IMG/VR virus record: IMGVR_UViG_3300047483_000490
Location: 15,636 to 79,635 of that record
DNA length: 64,000 nucleotides
From: a virus
Strand: one strand, 5' to 3'
The translations under genes and the position numbers were made by a program. This document shows positions 9,765 to 18,432 of this stretch, piece after piece; positions within the stretch are counted from its first letter, which is position 1; the number at the start of each line of letters is the position of its first letter. The notes under the pieces were generated by a model. The model worked only from the letters and a program-made list of their open reading frames with translations. It had not been told where the DNA came from and searched no databases.

Positions 9765-10580
9765 ATGAGAACATTTAAATACATTTTTGTCTGTGGTACA
9801 TCTTTTACAGCCGGTGGAGGATTTGAAGATAAAAATAGCAACAGACCAATAATACAAAAACACATGGACGAGCCTATTCCAGCAAAAATGGAAGATTGCG
9901 CTTGGCCAGCTTTTTTACAAAAACAAATAGATCCTAAAATCAAAGTTTATAATCTAGCTTTGCCTGGGGCTGGTGTTGAATATTTAATAAGAACTACTGA
10001 AGAATGGATGGCTAAAAATCCAGATAAAGTTAAAGACACTTTATTTTTATTAGAAAATTCAGGTTATGGTAGAATTGAATTATGGGATGTCGAGCTAGAC
10101 AGATATATTGTCTGTAATTGGGACTATGCTATTAGAAAAGATAAATTTTGTGCATCCGCTCACAGTGGAAAGTACTGGGAAGATTCTCACGAAACAGCAC
10201 AAAGGATAATAAATAAAGAACCACTTATAGAAACTTGGTTAAATACGTTCGGTGAACCTATGAAAATGGTAGAAGATCTTAACAATAGATTTTTTAATTT
10301 TCTATGTAAGCTAAATTATAAAGGCATTGATTTTAAAGTTTTTGGTGAACCTTTAAATGATCCAGAACTACATAAAGAAGATGTGTTTTTAAAGAATAGA
10401 TTAGCATTAATGGTTGGAGATAAAGAGATCAATCACATTCATGATTTTTTAATTATCAACCATTTACAGATAAAACAATTAACTAACGGAGAATGTGATG
10501 ATTTTCACGCAACGTTAGAAGGAAATAGAGTTGTAGCACAAGTTTACTATAACGAATTAAAAAAACATTACGATTTATGA
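9765..10580 (+). CDS. SGNH/GDSL-like hydrolase or acyltransferase, paralog 2
   Basis: GTSFTAG and DFH.TLEGN; shares CAWPAFLQKQIDPKIKVYNLAL with 8374..9183. Confidence 0.7.
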   Translation: MRTFKYIFVCGTSFTAGGGFEDKNSNRPIIQKHMDEPIPAKMEDCAWPAFLQKQIDPKIKVYNLALPGAGVEYLIRTTEEWMAKNPDKVKDTLFLLENSGYGRIELWDVELDRYIVCNWDYAIRKDKFCASAHSGKYWEDSHETAQRIINKEPLIETWLNTFGEPMKMVEDLNNRFFNFLCKLNYKGIDFKVFGEPLNDPELHKEDVFLKNRLALMVGDKEINHIHDFLIINHLQIKQLTNGECDDFHATLEGNRVVAQVYYNELKKHYDL

Positions 10581-12244
10581 TACAGTTAGGTATTTCAGCA
10601 TTTTATCATGACTCTGCTGCATGTATTGTAAAAGACGGCAAGGTTTTAGCAGCAATAGAAGAAGAAAGATTTACAGGCATTAAACATGATTTTAGCTTTC
10701 CTAAAAAATCTATTGAGTGGTTATTTGACTATTTAAATTTAACAATAGAAGATATTGATGAAGTTTGTTGGTATGAAAATCCAGAGCTTAAAAAACAAAG
10801 GGTTCTTGCTACTTTTGACAAACATTTTTTCAAGTCATTCTTTAATAGAATTAAATTTTTAAAGAGACATAAAATAGAAGGCAACGTTAATGCTTTATTA
10901 GAACAACATCTAAATTACAATGGCAAAGTTACTCTTGTAGATCATCACATCTCACATGTCATGTTTGCATATAAGACTTCACCATTTGATGATTGTGCAA
11001 TCGTTTCTATCGATGGTGTAGGTGAGTGGGATACGATGACAGTTTCTCAAGTTAAAGATGACAAGCTAATAAAAATTTCAGAGACAGTTTTTCCGCACTC
11101 TTTAGGTATGTTTTACTCAACATTCACTTCATTTTTAGGTTTTAAACCAAACGAAGGTGAATATAAAGTAATGGGTTTAGCACCTTATGGAAATCCAGAA
11201 GTTTATTACCCAGAATTGTTTGCCTTATTTACACTTTTACCAGAAGGTAGATTTTCTATCGATCAAAAATATTTTACGTGGGAATACTCAGACAAAATCA
11301 TGTTCAAAGACACATTGTGTGAATATTTAAATATGGCTCCGAGAACTAAAGATGCTCCAATGGAACAATGTCATAAAGACTTAGCAGCCTCGGTACAAAT
11401 GGTATATGAACGTATTTTTATGCATATTTTAGAATTTGCAAAAGAACAAACCGGAAGCAATAATTTATGCCTTAGCGGTGGTTGTGCATATAATGGAGTT
11501 GCAAATAATAAAGCTTACAGATTGTTCGAACATATTTGGGTTCCCTTTGCCCCATCAGATTCAGGGTCAGCTATTGGTGCATGCCTAGCATCATATCCTG
11601 GTAAAACGGCAGATAATACGTCTCCATATTTAGGCTCAGAATTCAATCTATGGGACATTCATACAGCTATTACTTATTTTCAATTTGAGATTGATGTAAG
11701 AGAATTGACTGAAGAAGAACTAATAGAAAAAACGGCAACAGCTATTAACGAAAACAAAGTTATAGGCTGGTGTCAAGGTAGAATGGAATTTGGAGCTAGA
11801 GCTCTTGGAAATAGATCAATTCTTGCTAGTCCATTGGACCCAGAAATGAAGTCTAGACTAAATAGAGTTATTAAAAAGAGAGAAGGCTTTAGACCTTTTG
11901 CACCTTCGTGTATTGAAGAAGATGCTGCTAAATTCTTTGAAATTCAAGACACTGTGCCTTATATGAATCAAGTGATGCAAGTTAAAAAAGAATGGACATT
12001 ACCTTCTATTACACACGCAGATGGTTCAGCTAGAGTACAGACAGTTAACAAAAATCAAAACGATAAATACTATAAGTTACTTAAAAAATTAGGTGATATT
12101 TCAGGATTTCCAATATCTTTGAATACTTCATTTAATTTTAAAGATCAAACCATAACTGCAACACCACATGATGCAATTGAAAGATTTTTAGATTGTGAAA
12201 TGGATGTTTTAGTAATTAATAACTATTATATAACAAAACTATGA
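10577..12244 (+). CDS. Carbamoyltransferase (NodU/CmcH/TobZ family)
   Basis: GISAFYHDSAA, EEERF, HHISH, DGVGE, EYKVMGLAPYG, GARALGNRS, LNTSFN. Confidence 0.95.
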   Translation: MIQLGISAFYHDSAACIVKDGKVLAAIEEERFTGIKHDFSFPKKSIEWLFDYLNLTIEDIDEVCWYENPELKKQRVLATFDKHFFKSFFNRIKFLKRHKIEGNVNALLEQHLNYNGKVTLVDHHISHVMFAYKTSPFDDCAIVSIDGVGEWDTMTVSQVKDDKLIKISETVFPHSLGMFYSTFTSFLGFKPNEGEYKVMGLAPYGNPEVYYPELFALFTLLPEGRFSIDQKYFTWEYSDKIMFKDTLCEYLNMAPRTKDAPMEQCHKDLAASVQMVYERIFMHILEFAKEQTGSNNLCLSGGCAYNGVANNKAYRLFEHIWVPFAPSDSGSAIGACLASYPGKTADNTSPYLGSEFNLWDIHTAITYFQFEIDVRELTEEELIEKTATAINENKVIGWCQGRMEFGARALGNRSILASPLDPEMKSRLNRVIKKREGFRPFAPSCIEEDAAKFFEIQDTVPYMNQVMQVKKEWTLPSITHADGSARVQTVNKNQNDKYYKLLKKLGDISGFPISLNTSFNFKDQTITATPHDAIERFLDCEMDVLVINNYYITKL

Positions 12245-12363
12245 TAAAGAAATTGATAACTTGGATTCAAGTAAAATTAGCAGAACGCAGAAAAAAGAAA
12301 GCATTTAAAGCCTCTTTAGAACGTTATAAAAAACAAGATCCCTTTAATTATAAGAATTTTTAA
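12241..12363 (+). CDS. 40-aa small protein ending DPFNY (DUF5989-like carbamoyltransferase neighbour)
   Basis: ATGA overlap with upstream stop; MIKKLITWIQVKLAERRKKKAFKASLERYKKQDPFNYKNF; absent from ORF track. Confidence 0.65.
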   Translation: MIKKLITWIQVKLAERRKKKAFKASLERYKKQDPFNYKNF

Positions 12364-12365
12364 CT

Positions 12366-12968
12366 ATGGAATTATTACACTCTGACATTTTATTATTTAA
12401 GAATGATGGAAAATCTGAAATGGCAAATCTTTTAAAAGATTTAGATGCGTATTTTGAAGAAGCTCAAGTAAACGACGATCAATATTACAAAGAAATTTCC
12501 AAAGACAGTATTGATAAACTTAACAAATATGTTCAATCTAAAATACAAGAGCCATTCTTTCAGTACTTTTTAGAACTTACACATCATTCAAGACCAGATT
12601 TAGACATGTATGTTAATGGGCATTTTATGTCGCCTGTTGATTATAGCGCTAAAACTAAAGAATACAAAAGTAATTTAAGACAATATAATAAATTAGAATT
12701 TTCATGGGGTCAAAGCATCCAATTAGCTAGAGTTAATTCAGCTAATAATTTTAATTATATTAAAGTAAACGGGCATATTAACAAGTTCATGATACTTATT
12801 GGATTAAGTAATAAGCCAGAACACACGTCAACTGTATCATTTCCTATACAAAACGTAGCACAACAATTAAATAGAGGTGATATTATCATAACTCCAGCTG
12901 GAATTACGCACCCTTATACAATAGGATCAATAATCAACGGAGTATTTAAAATAGTAGAAGCAATATAA
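12366..12968 (+). CDS. 2OG-Fe(II) oxygenase-like fold, possibly degenerate
   Basis: RGDIIITPAGITHPY...I.NG.F C-terminal strand pattern. Confidence 0.45.
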   Translation: MELLHSDILLFKNDGKSEMANLLKDLDAYFEEAQVNDDQYYKEISKDSIDKLNKYVQSKIQEPFFQYFLELTHHSRPDLDMYVNGHFMSPVDYSAKTKEYKSNLRQYNKLEFSWGQSIQLARVNSANNFNYIKVNGHINKFMILIGLSNKPEHTSTVSFPIQNVAQQLNRGDIIITPAGITHPYTIGSIINGVFKIVEAI

Positions 12969-13747
12969 TGAGAGGTAAAATTCATTCATTTGGATGTTCA
13001 TTTAGTACAAGACAATTAGTGCCTAAAAACATGTTTTGGCTAGATCTTTTAGCAAGAAAATACGAGGTACCTTATGATTCATGGGGGACAGGAGCTTCTG
13101 AATTTAATGAAGCTTTTCATCGTCTATCTTTCGCAATGAAAGATTTCAAAAAAGATGATTTGGTTGTTTTTCAATTCACAGATCATAATAGATTAGGTAT
13201 TGTACCTAATGGATATTATTTGACAACTGCAATGATGAACAAAAGAACCATGGAAGATACTTTAGATGGTTTTAATTGGAATAGAAAGGTTGGACATATT
13301 AATAAAACAGACGAAGAATTCATGTTACTGTTTGATTTTGCAAACACGTGGTTACATGATCAAATGTTTTGGAATTATTGGAGAGTTTGGAATACTCTTA
13401 AATTTCTAGAAGAAAAGATAGGTATTCATTTCGTAATTTTATTCTTAGATAAAACGTGGGAAGAGGTTATTCATCCGGATCATTATTATAACATTCCTTT
13501 ATTTCCATTGCCAGAGAAAAATCAATACGATAACATAAAGAATCCACATGAAAATATAGCTTTGAGTTTATTTTGTTGGGGTAATAAAGGTTATGCAGTT
13601 GGACATGATTTAAATTACAAAGATGTTCCAAACTGGCACGAAGGTGATGGTCACCCTGGAGAATTAGGTAATGCTAAGATGGTAGATTGTATCATGGATC
13701 ATATTAACAAAACATGGCCAACGTCTAATCCATATAACACAAAATAA
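12968..13747 (+). CDS. SGNH-like hydrolase, paralog 3
   Basis: FGCSFS, VVFQFT..NR, DGHPGELGN. Confidence 0.65.
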   Translation: MRGKIHSFGCSFSTRQLVPKNMFWLDLLARKYEVPYDSWGTGASEFNEAFHRLSFAMKDFKKDDLVVFQFTDHNRLGIVPNGYYLTTAMMNKRTMEDTLDGFNWNRKVGHINKTDEEFMLLFDFANTWLHDQMFWNYWRVWNTLKFLEEKIGIHFVILFLDKTWEEVIHPDHYYNIPLFPLPEKNQYDNIKNPHENIALSLFCWGNKGYAVGHDLNYKDVPNWHEGDGHPGELGNAKMVDCIMDHINKTWPTSNPYNTK

Positions 13748-13750
13748 TTA

Positions 13751-14161
13751 ATGAAAAAGTATAATATTGGTATCATAGCTGGAAACTTTGACGTGATACA
13801 CCCCGGTTACATTTATATGTTTAACGAATGTGCTAAAAATTGTGAAAAGCTAATTGTACTTTTACACTCAGATCCTTCTATTGAAAGACCTGAAAAGCTA
13901 AAGCCAATTTTGAGTGTTAATGAGCGTATGAGTATTTTACTTTCATTAAGACAGATTCGAGAAGTGTTGGTTTATGAAACTGAAGCAGATCTTTTAAGCT
14001 TGATAGAATGGGTTAGTCCAGATGTTAGATTTTTAGGCGATGATTATATCAATAAACCATATACCGGTGATAAACTTAATATTCCAGTTCACTTCTTAAA
14101 CCGCGATCATGGTTGGTCTACCACTAGATATAAGACATTAATAGCGCAAACTGTAAAATAA
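13751..14161 (+). CDS. Cytidylyltransferase (TagD-like)
   Basis: GNFDVIHPGY, KP....ER, LGDDY, R.HGWSTT. Confidence 0.85.
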   Translation: MKKYNIGIIAGNFDVIHPGYIYMFNECAKNCEKLIVLLHSDPSIERPEKLKPILSVNERMSILLSLRQIREVLVYETEADLLSLIEWVSPDVRFLGDDYINKPYTGDKLNIPVHFLNRDHGWSTTRYKTLIAQTVK

Positions 14162-14176
14162 TTTTAAAATAATTGC

Positions 14177-14217
14177 TTAAATATTTTTTTATGTCAATAA
14201 TTAGTTGTATATTTACT
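14177..14217 (+). promoter_or_regulatory. Class I promoter repeat
   Basis: TAAATATTTTTTTATGTCAA...GTATATTTAC. Confidence 0.7.
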
Positions 14218-14238
14218 ACATAATTAAAAACATAAAGT

Positions 14239-14646
14239 ATGAATATTATTAAGAGAAGCTATTTGAAATTAAAAGTCAAGTACAAAAACAGAAATGTTAA
14301 GCCACTTGATGATGAACAGAAATTATTACACGAGATTGTAACTAAGATGTGTTCTAAACAGGATTCTAAATTTTTAATGACACCTATTGAAGTACATCAT
14401 AATAGGTATTACATTGAAAATAGGGCTAATGAGTATTTTATCGTTTTAAGCGATGAATCTATTAAAATCACAAACCACAAATTTTATCTTGTTCGTCAAT
14501 TCCATAGTGAACAAATGAAACCTCTTATTGATAAAGTTCGTCGTAGAATTGAAAACGATAGAGTTAAAATGGAAAAGGAAATGTTTAAAAATGAATTAGA
14601 TCTTTTAAGAAACATTTCACAAAGTTTAGATACAACAGTAAAATAA
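14239..14646 (+). CDS. Hypothetical protein
   Basis: 135-aa ORF. Confidence 0.7.
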   Translation: MNIIKRSYLKLKVKYKNRNVKPLDDEQKLLHEIVTKMCSKQDSKFLMTPIEVHHNRYYIENRANEYFIVLSDESIKITNHKFYLVRQFHSEQMKPLIDKVRRRIENDRVKMEKEMFKNELDLLRNISQSLDTTVK

Positions 14647-14651
14647 CATAT

Positions 14652-15125
14652 ATGAAAATAGTTTTATTAGGCAAAGGTGCCGCAGGTAAAGATTATCTTA
14701 GAAAACGTTTTATTGAAAGAGGTGCAAAATACGGTGTTAGTTATACATCTAGACAACCTCGAGAAGGCGAAGTCGATGGTAAAGATTATTTGTTTATCTC
14801 AAGAGAAGAGTTTGAACAAAGAATTGCAAATGGAGAATTTGTAGAATACCAAGAATTTAATGGTTGGTATTATGGAATGACAAAAGATGTCTTTGAAGAG
14901 TGTGATGCAATGATCTTAAACGTAGAAGGACTTGCATTATTATCTCCAGAATTAAGAGCTAAATGTTTCGTAATTTACTTAGATATTGACAAAGAGACAA
15001 GATTACAAAGATTAAGTGAAAGAAATGATAATCAAGACTCAATTGAAAGAAGAATACAAGCAGATGATAATCAGTTTATTGGATTTACAGATTACGATTT
15101 AAAAATTACAAATCCAGATTTTTAA
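14652..15125 (+). CDS. gmk: Guanylate kinase
   Basis: GKGAAGKD P-loop; SYTSRQPREGEVDGKDYLF; YYG. Confidence 0.9.
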   Translation: MKIVLLGKGAAGKDYLRKRFIERGAKYGVSYTSRQPREGEVDGKDYLFISREEFEQRIANGEFVEYQEFNGWYYGMTKDVFEECDAMILNVEGLALLSPELRAKCFVIYLDIDKETRLQRLSERNDNQDSIERRIQADDNQFIGFTDYDLKITNPDF

Positions 15126-15197
15126 AAAAAAGTTTAAAAAAATTGAAACTTTTTGAAATTAACGAGTATATATAGTATAATTAAAATTAAAACAACA

Positions 15198-15305
15198 ATG
15201 AAACAGCAAGGGCTACATATTATAGAGAATAATTATCAGTTTAGTAATAAACCGATGGTATGTGATCGCATGCAAGGGCTCAATGTTAATTGTAATATGA
15301 ATTAG
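15198..15305 (+). CDS. Putative 35-aa leader peptide upstream of the tRNA cluster
   Basis: ATG after A-rich leader and class II promoter; MKQQGLHIIENNYQFSNKPMVCDRMQGLNVNCNMN. Confidence 0.45.
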   Translation: MKQQGLHIIENNYQFSNKPMVCDRMQGLNVNCNMN

Positions 15306-15331
15306 TAAGTTATATTCATACAAGATTTTAA

Positions 15332-15360
15332 AAAGAGCCCGATTTTATCGGGCTTTTTTA
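15332..15360 (+). terminator. Intrinsic terminator or attenuator
   Basis: AGAGCCCGAT/ATCGGGCTTT hairpin plus T-tract immediately before first tRNA. Confidence 0.75.
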
Positions 15361-15371
15361 TTTTATAATAA

Positions 15372-15447
15372 CGGGTAATAGAGGAGTCAGGCTTATCTCG
15401 CTGGCCTTGGACGCTAGAGCACGCAGGTTCGAATCCTGCTTACCCGA
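15372..15447 (+). tRNA. tRNA-Pro(UGG)
   Basis: CGGGTAA/TTACCCG acceptor; CTGGC-CTTGGAC-GCTAG. Confidence 0.9.
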
Positions 15448-15479
15448 CAAGAATAGTTCATTGACATATTGGTAAAGTT

Positions 15480-15560
15480 ACCCAGATGATGGAATGGTAG
15501 ACATAACGGTCTTAGAAACCGTGGTCGTAAGACGTGAGAGTTCGAGTCTCACCGGGGTCA
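15480..15560 (+). tRNA. tRNA-Leu(UAG) with mismatched acceptor and T stems (possibly pseudo)
   Basis: ACGGT-CTTAGAA-ACCGT and long variable arm; imperfect 3' side. Confidence 0.7.
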
Positions 15561-15564
15561 CAAT

Positions 15565-15686
15565 GGTCGAGTGGTGTAATTGGTAACACAACAGGCCTTA
15601 GAGAGCAAGCGGTTCGATTCCACAAAGCTTAATGTAACTGGTAGTTACACATCCTGTTGATGTAGGTTCGAATCCTGCCTTGGCCA
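15565..15686 (+). ncRNA. tRNA-like RNA with ~55-nt insert in the anticodon loop
   Basis: GGTCGAG/CTTGGCC acceptor, D-arm, ACAGG/CCTGT stem, canonical T-arm. Confidence 0.75.
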
Positions 15687-15691
15687 CAAAT

Positions 15692-15789
15692 GCTTCATAC
15701 ACAATCTTACGATCTCTCAGTTAAAAGCTGTCGTAAGCGTAAATCGATATTCCTATATGTTTATCAGTTGTGAACAATATGAAGCTCCA
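15692..15789 (+). ncRNA. Branched hairpin RNA ending in acceptor-like stem plus T-CCA
   Basis: GCTTCATA/TATGAAGC, CACAA/TTGTG and CTTACGA/TCGTAAG stems. Confidence 0.55.
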
Positions 15790-15790
15790 T

Positions 15791-15865
15791 GCTTTCTTAG
15801 CTCAGTTGGTTCAGAGCATCTCGTTTACACCGAGAGGGTCACAGGTTCGAATCCTGTAGAAAGCA
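15791..15865 (+). tRNA. tRNA-Val(UAC)
   Basis: TCTCG-TTTACAC-CGAGA; canonical cloverleaf. Confidence 0.95.
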
Positions 15866-15961
15866 CTGTCGGCGCCCAAAGGACGCATGACCTGGTCAGA
15901 GATTTATTCTCGCAAACTCGGTACCTAAAGCTGAGCGGCCAATCTACGGGATTGGCTTTAT

Positions 15962-16035
15962 GCCCGGGTGGTGGAATTGGTATACACGGCGGCCTTAGAA
16001 CCCGTCTATTGAGAGTTCGAGTCTCTCCTTGGGTA
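15962..16035 (+). tRNA. tRNA with Leu(UAG) anticodon but short variable loop
   Basis: Leu-type D-arm; CTTAGAA loop; 5-nt variable region. Confidence 0.75.
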
Positions 16036-16098
16036 CTATGTTCATTATTATGCAATGTTCACTCGCAATGAACACATAAAAATAATGAACACATAAAT

Positions 16099-16175
16099 GG
16101 TAGTTATAGTGTTAATGGTTAGCACGTCAGATTGTGGTTCTGCTAGTATGGGTTCGAATCCCATTAATTACCCCA
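16099..16175 (+). tRNA. tRNA-His(GUG)
   Basis: TTGTGGT loop; G-1; C73; CCA. Confidence 0.93.
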
Positions 16176-16176
16176 C

Positions 16177-16264
16177 GGAAGTTTGTCAGAGTGGTCTATT
16201 GTGCATCTTTGCTAAAGATGTGGATGTTAAAGTCCCACAGGTTCGAATCCTGTAGCTTCCGCCA
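16177..16264 (+). tRNA. tRNA-Ser(GCU)
   Basis: CATCT-TTGCTAA-AGATG; long variable arm; GCCA end. Confidence 0.93.
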
Positions 16265-16282
16265 AATTAAAATATATAAACC

Positions 16283-16825
16283 ATGAAAAAGAAAGTAATT
16301 TTTATAGATGTAGATGGTCCATTGGCTTGGGCAACATGGGATGACGGTAAGGTTACTTTGAGAGAAGGATCTCACTTTGAGTTTCAGATTCCATACCCAT
16401 GGGTTAAAGAAGACTGTGAAGCTTTGCAAAAAATATGTGATGCAACAGATGCAGAATTGGTAGTTAGCTCAGATTGGAAACATCACTTTAGTTTTATTCA
16501 GCTAAAGCATATATTTCAACATTATGGTATCACAGCTAATATCATTGATATTACAACGCACATGAATGCTCGTCAAACTGGAGCTTGGCATAAAATGAGC
16601 AAGCCTTCAATTGATTTTGAAAGAGCTACACAAATTTTAAAATGGGCCAAAGACAATAAGGTTTCAAATTGGATTGCAATTGATGATTTAAATTTGAGTG
16701 AAGCTTTTAAATGGATGACACCACGAGAGCCAATGTGGAGGCACGTTCAAGTTGACGGTGATTGGGGATTCGGTGGAAGACTCAGAGACAAAGTTAATGA
16801 ATGTATTAAAAAGTTAGAAAGATAA
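16283..16825 (+). CDS. HAD domain protein (Swiss-Army-knife RNA repair type)
   Basis: FIDVDGPL, VVSSDWK, WIAIDD. Confidence 0.85.
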   Translation: MKKKVIFIDVDGPLAWATWDDGKVTLREGSHFEFQIPYPWVKEDCEALQKICDATDAELVVSSDWKHHFSFIQLKHIFQHYGITANIIDITTHMNARQTGAWHKMSKPSIDFERATQILKWAKDNKVSNWIAIDDLNLSEAFKWMTPREPMWRHVQVDGDWGFGGRLRDKVNECIKKLER

Positions 16826-16829
16826 CTAT

Positions 16830-16900
16830 TGCCCGATGATGTAAAGGTAGCATCACAGATTTTGATTCTGTTCGTGTAGGTTCGAATCCTGCTCGGGTAA
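16830..16900 (+). tRNA. tRNA-Gln(UUG)
   Basis: ACAGA-TTTTGAT-TCTGT. Confidence 0.93.
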
Positions 16901-16943
16901 CTAAATTGAAACATTTTATTAGGTTGATATATAAAAGACACAC

Positions 16944-17016
16944 AGCGAGTTGGTAGAAGTGGTATCTCGTCGGGCTCATAACCCGAAGGTCGGGGGTTCG
17001 AATCCCTCACTCGCAA
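16944..17016 (+). tRNA. Initiator tRNA-fMet(CAU)
   Basis: TCGGG-CTCATAA-CCCGA with 3 G-C pairs; unpaired 1:72. Confidence 0.93.
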
Positions 17017-17022
17017 CTATAT

Positions 17023-17097
17023 GCTGCCATCGTCTAACGGTTAGGACATTAGGTTTTCATCCTAAAAATCGGAGTTCGATTCTCCGTGGCAGTACCA
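17023..17097 (+). tRNA. tRNA-Glu(UUC)
   Basis: TTAGG-TTTTCAT-CCTAA; CCA. Confidence 0.95.
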
Positions 17098-17151
17098 TGA
17101 AACTTTTTGCCAATTTCATGGATATATAGATTATAAAATATCTAAATATCC

Positions 17152-17784
17152 ATGGAAAGAGCATCAAGAAGAAAATATCATTACATTTATAAAACAACAT
17201 GTATCATTACAAATAAGTTTTATATTGGAATGCATTCAACCGATAAACTACAGGATGGATATATCGGTTCAGGTAAAAGATTATGGCATTCAATTAATAA
17301 ACATGGTAAAGATAATCACGTTTGTGAAATATTAGAATTTTTGCCAGATAGGAATTCTTTAAAAGCTAGAGAAAAAGAAATAGTTAATATTGAATTAATC
17401 AACGAAGATTTGTGTATGAATTTACAATTAGGCGGTGGAGGTGGAATATCTAGTGATAAACATTTTTTAAGTCTTAGAGAAGGTAACAAAATATGGTTAA
17501 AGAATAAATGGAACAATACTATTTATTCTGAAACAATAAAAAGGCAACTCTATATAAATATGAAGAAAGCCCACGCTAACGGTTATATTAAATATGATAA
17601 CTTTACTGGAAAATCTCACACAGAAGAAGCTAAGAAAAAAATAGGAATGGCTAATTCAATCAAACAAAGGGGTTCTAACAATTCTCAATATGGAAAATGT
17701 TGGATAACAAATGAAATCGAATCTAAGAAAATCAATAAGGGTGAAATAATACCTGAGGGATGGAGATTAGGTAGAAAAATATAA
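17152..17784 (+). mobile_element. Free-standing GIY-YIG homing endonuclease (Seg-like, NUMOD3) inside the tRNA cluster
   Basis: YIYKTT...FYIGMH, YIGSG, GKSHTEEAKKKI, WITN...IPEGWRLGR. Confidence 0.9.
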
Positions 17785-17787
17785 AAT

Positions 17788-17861
17788 GGCTCGTTAGTAG
17801 AGTTGGTTACAATGTCGCCCTGTCACGGCGAAGGTCACGGGTTCGAGTCCCGTACGAGCCG
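17788..17861 (+). tRNA. tRNA-Asp(GUC)
   Basis: TCGCC-CTGTCAC-GGCGA. Confidence 0.95.
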
Positions 17862-17890
17862 CAACTTTAATTTTAATTCTTGTATTCTAA

Positions 17891-18427
17891 ATGAACAAAA
17901 AACTGAAAACAACATTGATAATTCTAATATCGATGTTGGTCTTTGCTTTAGCTATTTTTCTAATTACTAAAGTAAATGAAGACAAACCTTTTAACAAAGT
18001 TACTTTTACAGAATCTAATTTTGTTAAGAACAAAACAGATATGAAGTACTTAGATACTTTAGTTTTAGCGGGTTTGCATGTTTTAGAAATTGATAAAACT
18101 TCAGTTTTAATATTACCTTTAGATGTTGAAGGTTCATCTGATTTAGAATTAAAAGCGCATATAAGAAAGGTTGAAAATGGTTACATTATTTTTATAAAGA
18201 ATGTTGACAGAAATTATGCTTTAGAAATTATTTCACACGAGCTTGTACATTTACAACAATATAACACTGGTAAATTATATGTAAATTTTATTACAGATGA
18301 ATTGATCTTTGATAAAAAAGTTTATCCTGTTGGCAAATTACCAGCGTATGATGTTAGACCATGGGAAATGGAAGCTTTTGATAAACAATTTGAAGTAAGA
18401 TCTGATGTAATAGATATTCTTTATTAA
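17891..18427 (+). CDS. Membrane-anchored zincin-like metallopeptidase
   Basis: N-terminal TM helix; HELVHLQQ; PWEMEA. Confidence 0.75.
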   Translation: MNKKLKTTLIILISMLVFALAIFLITKVNEDKPFNKVTFTESNFVKNKTDMKYLDTLVLAGLHVLEIDKTSVLILPLDVEGSSDLELKAHIRKVENGYIIFIKNVDRNYALEIISHELVHLQQYNTGKLYVNFITDELIFDKKVYPVGKLPAYDVRPWEMEAFDKQFEVRSDVIDILY

Positions 18428-18432
18428 TAAAT

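Noticed and set aside
16037-16096. AT-rich inverted/direct repeat (TGTTCATTATT...AATAATGAACA)
   Set aside because: Simple spacer hairpin between tRNAs with no further supporting features
15757-17016. ORFs overlapping tRNA genes (15757, 15825, 16196, 16747; also 1963, 5279, 25779)
   Set aside because: Spurious frames across tRNA or tRNA-like sequences
17152-17784. Homing endonuclease genes as group I intron ORFs (also 45042 and 55036)
   Set aside because: Flanking genes appear complete and the intergenic gaps are too short for a ribozyme core; treated as free-standing
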